Assembly (NCBI GenBank): GCA_905215695.1
Contig: CAJMQN010000002.1
Span: forward strand, 262,610-326,609
DNA from: an uncultured bacterium
GTDB taxonomy: Bacteria; Bacillota; Clostridia; Christensenellales; HGM11417
Reading direction: 5' to 3'
DNA: 64,000 bases
Of this stretch, positions 1 through 7,721 are shown in pieces. The first letter of the stretch is position 1, and every line of letters starts with the position of its first letter. The notes beneath the pieces are model-generated. The model was not told the DNA's origin and made no database searches. It was given only the letters and a program-made list of their open reading frames with translations. Position numbers and translations under genes: made by a program.

Positions 1-1434
1 GTTCGGCGTGTGCTCTACGATAGCGATATCCTTGTCGCACTGCGTGCAGTGGAATGCAAAGCCATCCGCAAGGGTCTCATCCTGCGTGCAGACGTGTTTG
101 CCTTCGGGAATGATATGACCGAGCTTTGTAAGGACTTCCTCCGTCTTGGAGGTCTCGTCCCCGTCGCACCATTCGTGCGTGCAGGTCATGACCTTGAGTC
201 CGTCCTCGGTACAGGTCGCCGCCTTGGAGAGTTCCGCGTTTTCTGCGAGGGCGTGCCCCGTCGCTTTTACGGTCTCGTCCTTCGTCGCGTCACAGCGCGA
301 GCACGCAAAGTGGTTGTTTCCGTCCTTCAGGCAGGTTTCGGCTACCGTCAGTTCGGACTCCTCGTCCAGCACAAAGTCATGCCCGAGTTCTTTGATATAG
401 TTGTCCTTTACGTCGAGTCCGCACCCGTTCGCGCAGGTGTGATGATCGTAGCCCTGTTCCACACAGGTGGGCGCAATCGTCTCGACAATTTCGTCGTGTC
501 CCGTTGCCGCAACCATGTCGCCGACATAGCGGTCTCCGCAGTGCTCACAGGCAAATACCGTGTAGCCCTGACCCGTACAGGTCGGCGCAACCGTTTTAAT
601 TCCCTCGTAGGAATGCCCCAAAGCGCCCTTGAATTCGTCCTGATAGGAATAGTGGCACGCCGTACAGGTATAAACCGTATGTCCGCCGCTCATGCAGGTC
701 GGGGCAACAACGACGGGTTCACCGAACGTATGCGCAAGTTTCGCGGTGGAAATCGAGTAAGTATCCTTACAGTGCTCGCAGACCATCACGTCGGTACCGC
801 CGGCTTCGCAGGTCGCCGCAACTGACTTCGCCGTATCCTTCACATATGTATGCGCGAGTTTTGCAGTGGGCACCGAGTAGGTGTCTCCGCAGGACTTACA
901 GACCATCACGTCGGTACCGCCAGCTTCGCAGGTCGCCGCCACGGACTTGTCCACATCCTTCTCATACGTATGCGCGAGCTTCGCCGTGGCTACCGTGCGG
1001 ATATCCCCGCAGTGCTTGCAGACCGAAACATCGGAGCCGCCCGCCTCGCAGGTCGCCGCAACAGAGAGCGCGGTGCTCTTCTCGTACTCGTGTTCGAGCT
1101 TTGCCGTGGGCAGCGTACGGATTTCACCGCAGCGGCTGCATACGGATACTTCGGTGCCGCCCGCCTCACAGGTTGCGGCGACCGACTTTTCCTCCGACAC
1201 CTTAAAATCGTGTCCGAGCGCGTTTTGATAGACCGTATAGCGGTCTCCGCACTCTGAACAAGCAAAGGTCTCGGCACCTTGGGAAGTACAGGTCGCTTCG
1301 GTCTTGCCGACAGATTCGTATGTATGCTTGTGGATCTCTTGGTTGCACGCCGAGAGAACAACGCAGAACATACAGAGCGAAAGCAGGGTCAAAACGAGAA
1401 TCAGCCTGGACTTGCTGTTCGATTGTCTCTTCAT
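1..1434 (-). CDS. Secreted lipoprotein, partial (C-terminus beyond left window edge), built from at least 10 tandem Cys3-His modules
   Basis: Not in the supplied ORF track because it has no stop inside the window. Reverse-strand translation from ATG at 1434-1432 is open for all 478 codons to position 1. It begins MKRQSNSKSRLILVLTLLSLCMFCVVLSAC (signal peptide plus lipobox LSAC). Repeated units follow, such as ATCEAGGTDVMVCKSCGDTYSVPTAKLAHTY (C-x9-C-x2-C-x12-H). Confidence 0.7.
   Translation of the reverse strand, partial: MKRQSNSKSRLILVLTLLSLCMFCVVLSACNQEIHKHTYESVGKTEATCTSQGAETFACSECGDRYTVYQNALGHDFKVSEEKSVAATCEAGGTEVSVCSRCGEIRTLPTAKLEHEYEKSTALSVAATCEAGGSDVSVCKHCGDIRTVATAKLAHTYEKDVDKSVAATCEAGGTDVMVCKSCGDTYSVPTAKLAHTYVKDTAKSVAATCEAGGTDVMVCEHCKDTYSISTAKLAHTFGEPVVVAPTCMSGGHTVYTCTACHYSYQDEFKGALGHSYEGIKTVAPTCTGQGYTVFACEHCGDRYVGDMVAATGHDEIVETIAPTCVEQGYDHHTCANGCGLDVKDNYIKELGHDFVLDEESELTVAETCLKDGNNHFACSRCDATKDETVKATGHALAENAELSKAATCTEDGLKVMTCTHEWCDGDETSKTEEVLTKLGHIIPEGKHVCTQDETLADGFAFHCTQCDKDIAIVEHTPN
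661..1260 (-). repeat. Tandem 120-bp coding repeats (40-aa units) inside the lipoprotein gene
   Basis: Units 781-900 and 901-1020 both start gaccatcacgtcggtaccgcc[g/a]gcttcgcaggtcgccgc. Units 661-780, 1021-1140 and 1141-1260 are recognisably related with the same 120-nt period. Confidence 0.8.
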
Positions 1435-1491
1435 AAACAATTCTCCTTACATTATTTTTTTCACCCAAAATGCACATAATTCTTATTATCC

Positions 1492-2295
1492 TTACCAGGT
1501 CACAATGCGGTCAACAATCTCCTTCTGTTCGCTCGAAGTGCGGCGCAGGTAGATACGCGTCGTTTCGATGCTCTCGTGTCCCATTAAATCCGCGAGCAGG
1601 GCAATATCGTTGCACTTTTCCAGAAAATTTTTGGCAAAACGGTGCCGAAAGGAGTGCGGATAGACCACGCGCGGGTCGATTCCGTACCGAACCGCAAAGC
1701 TCTTGAGTTGTTTTCCTACCCCGCGCGCCGTCACGCGCTCTCCAAAGCGGTTCAAGAACAGAAATCCGCCACCCCGCCCCGCTTCCTTCAACCACGAGAA
1801 GGTCTCCTCGCGGAGCTTTTCGGGAATATACAGCCGTCGGAGCTTTCCGCCCTTTGCGTACAGGTCGAAATATCCGCACTGCACATGCTCGAGTTTCAGT
1901 TGGAGAAGCTCACCGATGCGCGCGCCCGTCGCCGCAAGGTAACGCACGACGAAATACCACTCCCTCTGCCCGTCCGCCTTGAGACGGGACAAAAGATAGC
2001 GGTAGTCCGCGTTGCTGATGACGTTTTCCAAAAAATTCTTCTGCTGGAGCTTGACCGGGGAGAGCGAAAGCTTCTCCCTGCCGAGAAATTTCAGATAGCG
2101 GTTGACACCCTGTATGCGGAGATTTACCGTCTTGGGCTTACAGCACTCCACAAGTTCCCCCTTGAAGGCGAGAAGATTTCTTCGGTTCCATTCCCCGTAG
2201 TCCGATTCAAATTTCCGCACCGCGTACAGATACGCACGCACCGTGTTCGGCGCGAGCTCTTGCTCTCTCAAAAACACCTCGAATTCCTCTTTCAT
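1492..2295 (-). CDS. Tyrosine recombinase, XerC/XerD-like small integrase
   Basis: 267 aa. The C-terminal catalytic region HSFRHRFAKNFL...LMGHESIETTRIYL matches the R-H-R-Y tyrosine recombinase signature. Confidence 0.8.
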   Translation of the reverse strand: MKEEFEVFLREQELAPNTVRAYLYAVRKFESDYGEWNRRNLLAFKGELVECCKPKTVNLRIQGVNRYLKFLGREKLSLSPVKLQQKNFLENVISNADYRYLLSRLKADGQREWYFVVRYLAATGARIGELLQLKLEHVQCGYFDLYAKGGKLRRLYIPEKLREETFSWLKEAGRGGGFLFLNRFGERVTARGVGKQLKSFAVRYGIDPRVVYPHSFRHRFAKNFLEKCNDIALLADLMGHESIETTRIYLRRTSSEQKEIVDRIVTW

Positions 2296-2342
2296 CTGTT
2301 TTTTCCTCCGTAAAATTTTTAGTTTTTTCTCTTATTTTACAC

Positions 2343-2372
2343 TTGACAGTCCAAAACGAATTATGTTATACT
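2343..2372 (+). promoter_or_regulatory. Sigma70-type promoter with extended -10, pointing into a terminator (orphan transcript)
   Basis: TTGACA (2343-2348), 18-nt spacer, TGtTATACT (TG at 2364-2365, -10 at 2367-2372). There is no ORF with an RBS downstream before the terminator at 2417-2449. Confidence 0.4.
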
Positions 2373-2412
2373 GTGACTACAAGTGCAGATAATAAGAACT
2401 ATCAGAACAACG

Positions 2413-2449
2413 AAAAAGCCCTTCCGAAAAACGGAAGGGCTTTTGTTTT
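2413..2449. terminator. Rho-independent terminator hairpin (bidirectional)
   Basis: agcccttccg (2417-2426), loop aaaaa, cggaagggct (2432-2441). Flanked by an A-run upstream and ttttgtttt downstream. Confidence 0.7.
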
Positions 2450-2454
2450 CTCCA

Positions 2455-2497
2455 ATAAAAAAGGGAATCCCTGTCGGAAGGGATTCCCTTTTTTTTC
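2455..2497. terminator. Rho-independent terminator ending the BMC locus (after the Fe-ADH gene)
   Basis: gggaatccct (2463-2472) pairs with agggattccc (2479-2488). An A-run lies on one side and a T-run on the other. It sits directly after the stop at 2500-2502. Confidence 0.75.
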
Positions 2498-2499
2498 TA

Positions 2500-3648
2500 T
2501 TATTTCCAGATGTCGCGGTAAATTTGCAGAACGTCCGCCTTGTTGGGTACACGGGGATTGGTGAGCGTGCAGGCATCCGCAAGAGCGGCGTCCGCCATTG
2601 ACCCGATGTTCGCCATATACTCCTCTTCGGTGCACTTGCCGAGTTGGGAAATCGTGAGCGGAATGTTCATCTCCTTGAGCATGAACTGAATCCAGCTCAC
2701 CAACGCGCGCACCGTCGTAATCTCGTTGAAGTTTTGCAGACCCAAGAGCTTGGCGATGTTCAGATACTTGCGAACAGCGGGGAGATATTCCTTTTTTGAT
2801 TTGCTGTGTTGGTTGATGTCGCTGTTGTACTCGATGATGTGCGGAAGCAGAATCGCGTTCGCGCGCCCGTGCGGGACGTGGAAGGTCGCGCCGAGTTGGT
2901 GCGCCATGCCGTGATTGAGTCCGAGAGACGCCGAGTTGAACGCGAGACCCGCAAGACAGGACGCCACGTGCATCTTGCGCCGCGCGTGCACGTCGTTTCC
3001 GTCGTAGTACGCGCGCAGAAGAAACGCGCCGCAGATCTCGATCGCCTTCTCCGCGAGCGCCGCCGAAAACTCGTTGTTGTTGACGCTGACGTACGCCTCG
3101 ATGGCGTGGGTCAGAACGTCCATGCCCGTGTCCGCCGTGATTGCGGGCGGAACGGATTTGACGAGTTCCTCGTCCAAAATCGCCTCGGTCGGAAGCATAC
3201 GCTCGGACACAAGCGGATATTTGACGTGATTTGCCGGGTCCGTGATGACGGAGAACGCCGTCACCTCCGAGCCCGTGCCGCTCGTGGTCGGAATTGCGAT
3301 GAGCGCAATCTTTAACGAAGCGTCAATCTGCATGGTGAATTCGCGAATCGCCTTCGCAGAATCGATGGCGGAGCCGCCGCCCACCGCGATGATTGCCTCG
3401 GGCTTGTAATTCATGACTGCTTTGACCCCGGCGACAATCTTTTCGATCGGGGGGTCGGGCACCACGTCCTTGAAAATTTCAAAGTCCATGTTGCCGCTGT
3501 CCAGACGGTACGTGATGAGCTTGACCATGCCGCTCTCCACGACAAAGGGGTCTGTGATAATCATGACCCGCTTGTAGGGAATCTTTGCGAGACGGTCCAG
3601 CGCATTTTCGCCGAAATAAATTTTTGTCTTGATGTCGAAACTCTTCAT
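2500..3648 (-). CDS. Iron-containing (group III) alcohol dehydrogenase, PduQ/FucO-like
   Basis: 382 aa with the GGGSAIDSAKA motif and the His-rich metal site HGMAHQLG...HG typical of Fe-ADH. Last gene of the BMC operon. No N-terminal amphipathic extension. Confidence 0.85.
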   Translation of the reverse strand: MKSFDIKTKIYFGENALDRLAKIPYKRVMIITDPFVVESGMVKLITYRLDSGNMDFEIFKDVVPDPPIEKIVAGVKAVMNYKPEAIIAVGGGSAIDSAKAIREFTMQIDASLKIALIAIPTTSGTGSEVTAFSVITDPANHVKYPLVSERMLPTEAILDEELVKSVPPAITADTGMDVLTHAIEAYVSVNNNEFSAALAEKAIEICGAFLLRAYYDGNDVHARRKMHVASCLAGLAFNSASLGLNHGMAHQLGATFHVPHGRANAILLPHIIEYNSDINQHSKSKKEYLPAVRKYLNIAKLLGLQNFNEITTVRALVSWIQFMLKEMNIPLTISQLGKCTEEEYMANIGSMADAALADACTLTNPRVPNKADVLQIYRDIWK

Positions 3649-3663
3649 GTCGCTCCTAATCTC

Positions 3664-3903
3664 TTACAGAAGATATACGGGAAGTTCCTGTCCGAAGGAA
3701 ACGGTCTCCGCGCGTTTTCCCTCCGCCTTGGGTGCGGATACGGGCTTCGCTGCGGGCGCCTTGGGCGCGGGAACCGCCTTGGGTTTGACTGCTTTTGGTG
3801 CGGGAACGGGCGCAACAACCGCCGCCGCAGCCTCCTCTTTCGTCTCCTTGCCTGCCTGCTTCGCGCTCGCCGCGCGAGCGATACTGCTCTTACCGACTGC
3901 CAT
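3664..3903 (-). CDS. Small basic Ala/Pro/Lys-rich low-complexity protein, candidate ParA partner
   Basis: 79 aa. RBS GAGGAGG lies 9 nt upstream of the ATG, and the start overlaps the ParA-like stop by 14 nt. 42 of 79 residues are A, P or K (my count). The C-terminus is FGQELPVYLL. No recognisable domain. Confidence 0.55.
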   Translation of the reverse strand: MAVGKSSIARAASAKQAGKETKEEAAAAVVAPVPAPKAVKPKAVPAPKAPAAKPVSAPKAEGKRAETVSFGQELPVYLL

Positions 3904-4678
3904 AACGATCGACCTCCTCGGCTAATTTTTCATATTCTCCCGCGCTCCGCGCGCTCCTTCGGAATGCGCCCACGGGCTTGCTGTTGTCCTGCGACCACTC
4001 GATACTGCTGTCCGTTCGGATATACGTCTCGAAAATCTGCACGTCCTCTCCGAGTTCGGAGAGGGTCTCGAGAGTCTGTTTGAAATAGTTTTTGCGGGTA
4101 TCTACTTTGGTCACCACAATCCCCAAGAGGGAAAGCTCCGGGGATACCGCCTTGACATCGTTTAAGAATTCAAAGAGATTCGCGAGTCCGAACAGTCCCC
4201 ACGGACTCGCCTCTACGGGGATAATCAGGTAGTCCGACGCGACCAGAATGTTCATGACCCAGCCGCCCAGCGTCGGGGGCGCGTCGATGAGGATATAGTC
4301 GTATTCTCCGCTCTCCCGTACCTCGGCAAGACACTTCTTTAAAACAAATTCCCTCTGCCACTTGGAGAAGAGTTCCACCTCGATTCCGCTCATCAAGGTC
4401 GAACTCGGCACGAGGTCGAGTTTCTCGTACGGAGTATGTACGATGTCCGCCTTTACGCTCCGTTGCGTCTGCACCGCACGGTAGAGATTGTTTTCGGACT
4501 TGGCGAATTCCAACACCCGCTCCTCCGGGAAAAAGGAGAGCGAGAGGTTGAGCTGCATATCCCCGTCCACGAGGAGCACGCGCCTGCCCTTTTGGGCGAG
4601 GAAGTAACCGACGTTCGCGCAGGTCGTGGACTTGCCGCTCCCGCCCTTGTTGTTCGCAAAACAGATGACCTTTGTCAT
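3890..4678 (-). CDS. ParA/MinD-family partition-type ATPase
   Basis: 262 aa with the deviant Walker A VICFANNKGGSGKSTT, Walker A-prime LLVDGDMQ and Walker B YILIDAPP. RBS AAGGAGGAG. Starts 10 nt after the DeoR stop. Confidence 0.85.
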   Translation of the reverse strand: MTKVICFANNKGGSGKSTTCANVGYFLAQKGRRVLLVDGDMQLNLSLSFFPEERVLEFAKSENNLYRAVQTQRSVKADIVHTPYEKLDLVPSSTLMSGIEVELFSKWQREFVLKKCLAEVRESGEYDYILIDAPPTLGGWVMNILVASDYLIIPVEASPWGLFGLANLFEFLNDVKAVSPELSLLGIVVTKVDTRKNYFKQTLETLSELGEDVQIFETYIRTDSSIEWSQDNSKPVGAFRRSARSAGEYEKLAEEVDRYGSR

Positions 4679-4688
4679 GCTCTCCTCC

Positions 4689-5456
4689 TTACGCCTGCGG
4701 GCACACGCACTCGATGCCCGCTCCCGCGAAGAACTGTTTCCACGCCGCGGAAGGCTCTTTGTCCGTCAAAATGGTCGTGATTCCGTCGAAATTGACGATA
4801 CGGGTAAAGGATACGCAGTCGAATTTGGTACTGTCCACCGCGAGAATCCTTTTGTCCGCGGCGTCAAGCATGAGCTTTTTCGCGGCGGCATAGGACTCCG
4901 ACAGGTCGGTGATTCCATTCTTTGCGTCCACGCCCTTGCAGGACACGAACGCCTTATCTACGTGATAGGAGCCGAGCATTCGCTCGGTCTGATGCCCCTC
5001 GAGCGCGAGAGACCCCTCCTTCATCGTGCCGCCGGTGGACATGATCTTCCAGCCCGACACATCCGAAAGCTCGATGAGAATCTCAATCGAATTGGTGATA
5101 ACGGTGAGATTGTGCTTGGTCTTTAAACGCTTGGCGATGAATACTGCGGTCGAACTGCCGTCCAGCATGACACGGTCGCCGTCCTCCACAAGCTCCGCTG
5201 CGAGTTCCGCGATGCGCTGTTTGCCGATGACGTTCTTCTTCTTCCGAATCATGAAGGGCAGATCCACATTGGTGTCCTCGTTGATGACTGCGCCTCCGTA
5301 GGTCTTTTTGACGTACCCTTCCTTCTCCAGCTTTTCGAGGTCGCGGCGGATGGTTTCCTCCGAAACGTCGTAACGCTGACTCAGGTCGGCGACAAGCACC
5401 CGCTTGTCCTCCTGAAGGGCGGTCAATATCAGATTTCTTCTCTCGATCGCGAGCAC
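4689..5456 (-). CDS. DeoR-family transcriptional regulator
   Basis: 255 aa with a GTG start. N-terminal wHTH (VADLSQRYDVSEETIRRDLEKLEKEG) plus a C-terminal sugar-phosphate sensor-like domain. Confidence 0.85.
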   Translation of the reverse strand: MLAIERRNLILTALQEDKRVLVADLSQRYDVSEETIRRDLEKLEKEGYVKKTYGGAVINEDTNVDLPFMIRKKKNVIGKQRIAELAAELVEDGDRVMLDGSSTAVFIAKRLKTKHNLTVITNSIEILIELSDVSGWKIMSTGGTMKEGSLALEGHQTERMLGSYHVDKAFVSCKGVDAKNGITDLSESYAAAKKLMLDAADKRILAVDSTKFDCVSFTRIVNFDGITTILTDKEPSAAWKQFFAGAGIECVCPQA

Positions 5457-5483
5457 GTTTCCCCTCCTCGAATATCCAAAGAG

Positions 5484-5505
5484 TCCTCCCGGGGGACCGG
5501 GAGGA
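5484..5505 (-). terminator. GC-rich stem-loop between the PduT-like gene and the DeoR gene (possible partial terminator or attenuator)
   Basis: tcctcccgg (5484-5492), loop ggga, ccgggagga (5497-5505): a 9-bp perfect stem. Only a weak U-tract follows on the minus strand. Confidence 0.35.
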
Positions 5506-5519
5506 ATCGTAAGACGCTT

Positions 5520-6068
5520 TTACAGAATTGATTTGCAGATTTTGGCGTCCGGACGCGCGATGACCGAGCTGTCCAAGAACATGCCGTTCGGCGCAACACT
5601 CGCCTTTGCGCGGTCGATTGCCGCCTGCACCGCCGCGACTTCGCCGGTCAAGAGCAGGTAGGATTTTCCGCACATGCCGCGGGCGAGCCGGATTTCCACA
5701 AGTTCGACTTCCGCAGTCTTTGCCGCCTGATCCGCCGCGACGATGATCGCCGCCGCGTCATAGGTCTCCAAAACGCCCAGCGACTTGATGACTTCCACGT
5801 GCGTGGAGCCGTAGATTGCCGGGAAAATTGCTTCGTCCGGGTTGCCGAGGACAAAGCTGTCGATGAGTTGGGTGCCGTATTGGGTCTTTGCCGTCTCCAC
5901 CGCCGCGTTGACCGCGGACAGCTCGCCGGTCAGGATCACGATATATTTGCCCGGGCAGACCGTCTGCGCCTCGATGATCTCCACGTCCGAAGTCTTGACC
6001 ATCGCGTCCGCCGCCTGAATGCCCGCCGAAACCGTCTTGTATTCCGCCATGCCGATTGCTTTACTCAT
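5520..6068 (-). CDS. pduT: Tandem-BMC-domain shell protein (BMC-T), PduT-like
   Basis: Trimmed from the 204-aa ORF to MSKAIGMAEY (RBS GAGGAA). Two BMC domains. Cys38 in the context TVCPGKY is at the position of the PduT 4Fe-4S ligand. Confidence 0.8.
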   Translation of the reverse strand: MSKAIGMAEYKTVSAGIQAADAMVKTSDVEIIEAQTVCPGKYIVILTGELSAVNAAVETAKTQYGTQLIDSFVLGNPDEAIFPAIYGSTHVEVIKSLGVLETYDAAAIIVAADQAAKTAEVELVEIRLARGMCGKSYLLLTGEVAAVQAAIDRAKASVAPNGMFLDSSVIARPDAKICKSIL

Positions 6069-6078
6069 TGTCCGTTCC

Positions 6079-7407
6079 TCACTTATTCTCGATGACCACA
6101 AAGTCTTTGTCCGCTTCCAGCACCGTGCCCGCAATCGAGGCGTGAATCGCCACGCTCAACGCGCCGGGCGCGGGATTCGCAATCTTCTGTCCCCGACCCA
6201 CGATGTCCCCGGGTTTGACCGCGAGCTGCGCGGGCGCGCCGATGTGCTGGCGCAGGGGAATCCGAACTTTTTTAAACTCTACCGTTTCGTCCTTTAAGGG
6301 AGCGTCCACGTCGTAGCGAGCAAGGTCAAGACGGCTCTTCAGCCGCGCAATGGGTGCCTTGCGGAGTTCGCGCTCGGGTCCTACGGGAGCTGCCTCCACA
6401 TGCGGGGGCTTGACGCCCGCGGCGCGGAGACCGTTCTTGTACTCGCCGATGAGCGTGCGGGGCGCGAGGCTTTGGAAACAGGAATACATCTCGCAGAGAC
6501 CGCAGCCCGAGCAGAAAAAGGTGTTCAGGAAGATATTGGGGTTCTGCACGTCCTTGCAGGTCGCCGCACGCATGAAGAGATGCGGTTCGATCGGATGCCC
6601 CAATGCGTGACGCGGGCAGAGGTCCGTGCACATCTGGCACTGACAGCAACTCGCCGCCGCACGCTTTAAATCAATACTCGCCTTGCGGTTCTTCTTCTGC
6701 ACGATGGGGTGATCCTTCGAGAGCACCAACACCGCGTTGGTCGTTTTGGTCACAAGGGTGGACGCACTCCCCAAAAAGCCCATCATGGGTCCGCCCACAA
6801 AGTACGCCGGGTCCTTCACCGTCGGACCGCCCGCGAGCGCAACCACTTCGCCGATGGTCACGCCGAGAGGCACGCGCACCGTCACGGGATTTTTGACCTC
6901 CGCAACGACGGATACGAGTTTGTCCACGACAGGCGTGCTCCGCTCCAGCGCGCGGTAGAGATTGTAGATCGTCTCCACGTTGAAGACCGCGACGCCCTGT
7001 TCAATCGGGAGCCCGCCCGGACGGACGACCTTTTTCGTCACCTCGTAGATGAGCACGACTTCGTCGCCCGCAGGATACACCTCTTCGAGGAGTCCGAGCC
7101 GAACGCCCGGAAATTTTCCGATGTGCTGATTCAGCGCAGCAATGGTGTCCTTGTAGTGCTCCTTGATGCCGATGATCATCTCCGACGCCTTCACGGTCTC
7201 TCCGACCAAACTGAAGGTCTTTAAAATCTCATAGGCATACTTCTCGAGAAGCTGCTGATGCAGTTTTAAGAGAGGTTCGCACTCCGCGCAGTTCAGAATA
7301 ATCGTGTTCGCGCGCTCGTCCAGTTTTGCGTAGGTGGGGAAACCCGCGCCGCCGGCGCCGACAACGCCGTTTTCCTGTAAAATTCCGCTTAAGGTTTTGA
7401 TGTCCAT
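6079..7407 (-). CDS. pduS: PduS/RnfC-like flavo-iron-sulfur oxidoreductase
   Basis: Trimmed to MDIKTLSGILQENGVVGAGGAGFPT (RBS GGAGAG). Two ferredoxin-type Cys clusters (CCQCQMCTDLCP and CSGCGLCEMYSC). The SLBB/RnfC-like region is present. Confidence 0.75.
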   Translation of the reverse strand: MDIKTLSGILQENGVVGAGGAGFPTYAKLDERANTIILNCAECEPLLKLHQQLLEKYAYEILKTFSLVGETVKASEMIIGIKEHYKDTIAALNQHIGKFPGVRLGLLEEVYPAGDEVVLIYEVTKKVVRPGGLPIEQGVAVFNVETIYNLYRALERSTPVVDKLVSVVAEVKNPVTVRVPLGVTIGEVVALAGGPTVKDPAYFVGGPMMGFLGSASTLVTKTTNAVLVLSKDHPIVQKKNRKASIDLKRAAASCCQCQMCTDLCPRHALGHPIEPHLFMRAATCKDVQNPNIFLNTFFCSGCGLCEMYSCFQSLAPRTLIGEYKNGLRAAGVKPPHVEAAPVGPERELRKAPIARLKSRLDLARYDVDAPLKDETVEFKKVRIPLRQHIGAPAQLAVKPGDIVGRGQKIANPAPGALSVAIHASIAGTVLEADKDFVVIENK

Positions 7408-7423
7408 TTTTCTCTCCGTCCGT

Positions 7424-7687
7424 CTATTCCAGTCCCGAACCGTCGTCGATAATGCCCACAATGGCGGCATCGACCGGGGCTTTCTCCATACCGCAGCCAA
7501 TCCGGGCGGCAGAGCCCTGCGCGACGAGCACGAATTCTCCGATGCCCGCGCCGATGTTGTCGATGGCTACGATTCTATTCTCCACTTTCAGGCTCGGGAT
7601 CGGCTCGACAATCATGAATTTATTGCCCACCAAATTGTCGTTTTTTCTCGTGGAAACGACGCTCCCCACTACCTTTCCGATAATCAT
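7424..7687 (-). CDS. BMC vertex pentamer protein (BMC-P; EutN/PduN/CcmL family)
   Basis: 87 aa. MIIGKVVGSVVSTRKNDNLVGNKFMIVEPI is typical of EutN/CcmL. Confidence 0.85.
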   Translation of the reverse strand: MIIGKVVGSVVSTRKNDNLVGNKFMIVEPIPSLKVENRIVAIDNIGAGIGEFVLVAQGSAARIGCGMEKAPVDAAIVGIIDDGSGLE

Positions 7688-7721
7688 AAATTTCCTCCTG
7701 CCCGAAAGAATTTTCGCAAAT

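Noticed and set aside
10-1257. Plus-strand ORFs 10-825 (271 aa), 850-1257 and 881-1228, which show internal repeats
   Set aside because: They are antisense images of the minus-strand repeat lipoprotein gene. They are Arg/Gly/Ala-rich and lack an RBS, a signal peptide or any domain. The minus frame gives a clean lipoprotein signal and conserved Cys/His spacing.
661-1260. Regular 120-bp repeats that could be mistaken for a CRISPR-like array
   Set aside because: The repeats are contiguous with no unique spacers, sit in one open reading frame and encode a repeated protein module. No cas genes are in the window.
1492-2295. Integrase as a marker of a prophage, ICE or genomic island carrying the BMC locus
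   Set aside because: It is a single small XerC/D-like recombinase with no excisionase, phage, conjugation or tRNA gene and no detectable flanking direct repeats in the window. It is separated from the BMC locus by two terminators. The evidence is insufficient to call a mobile element.
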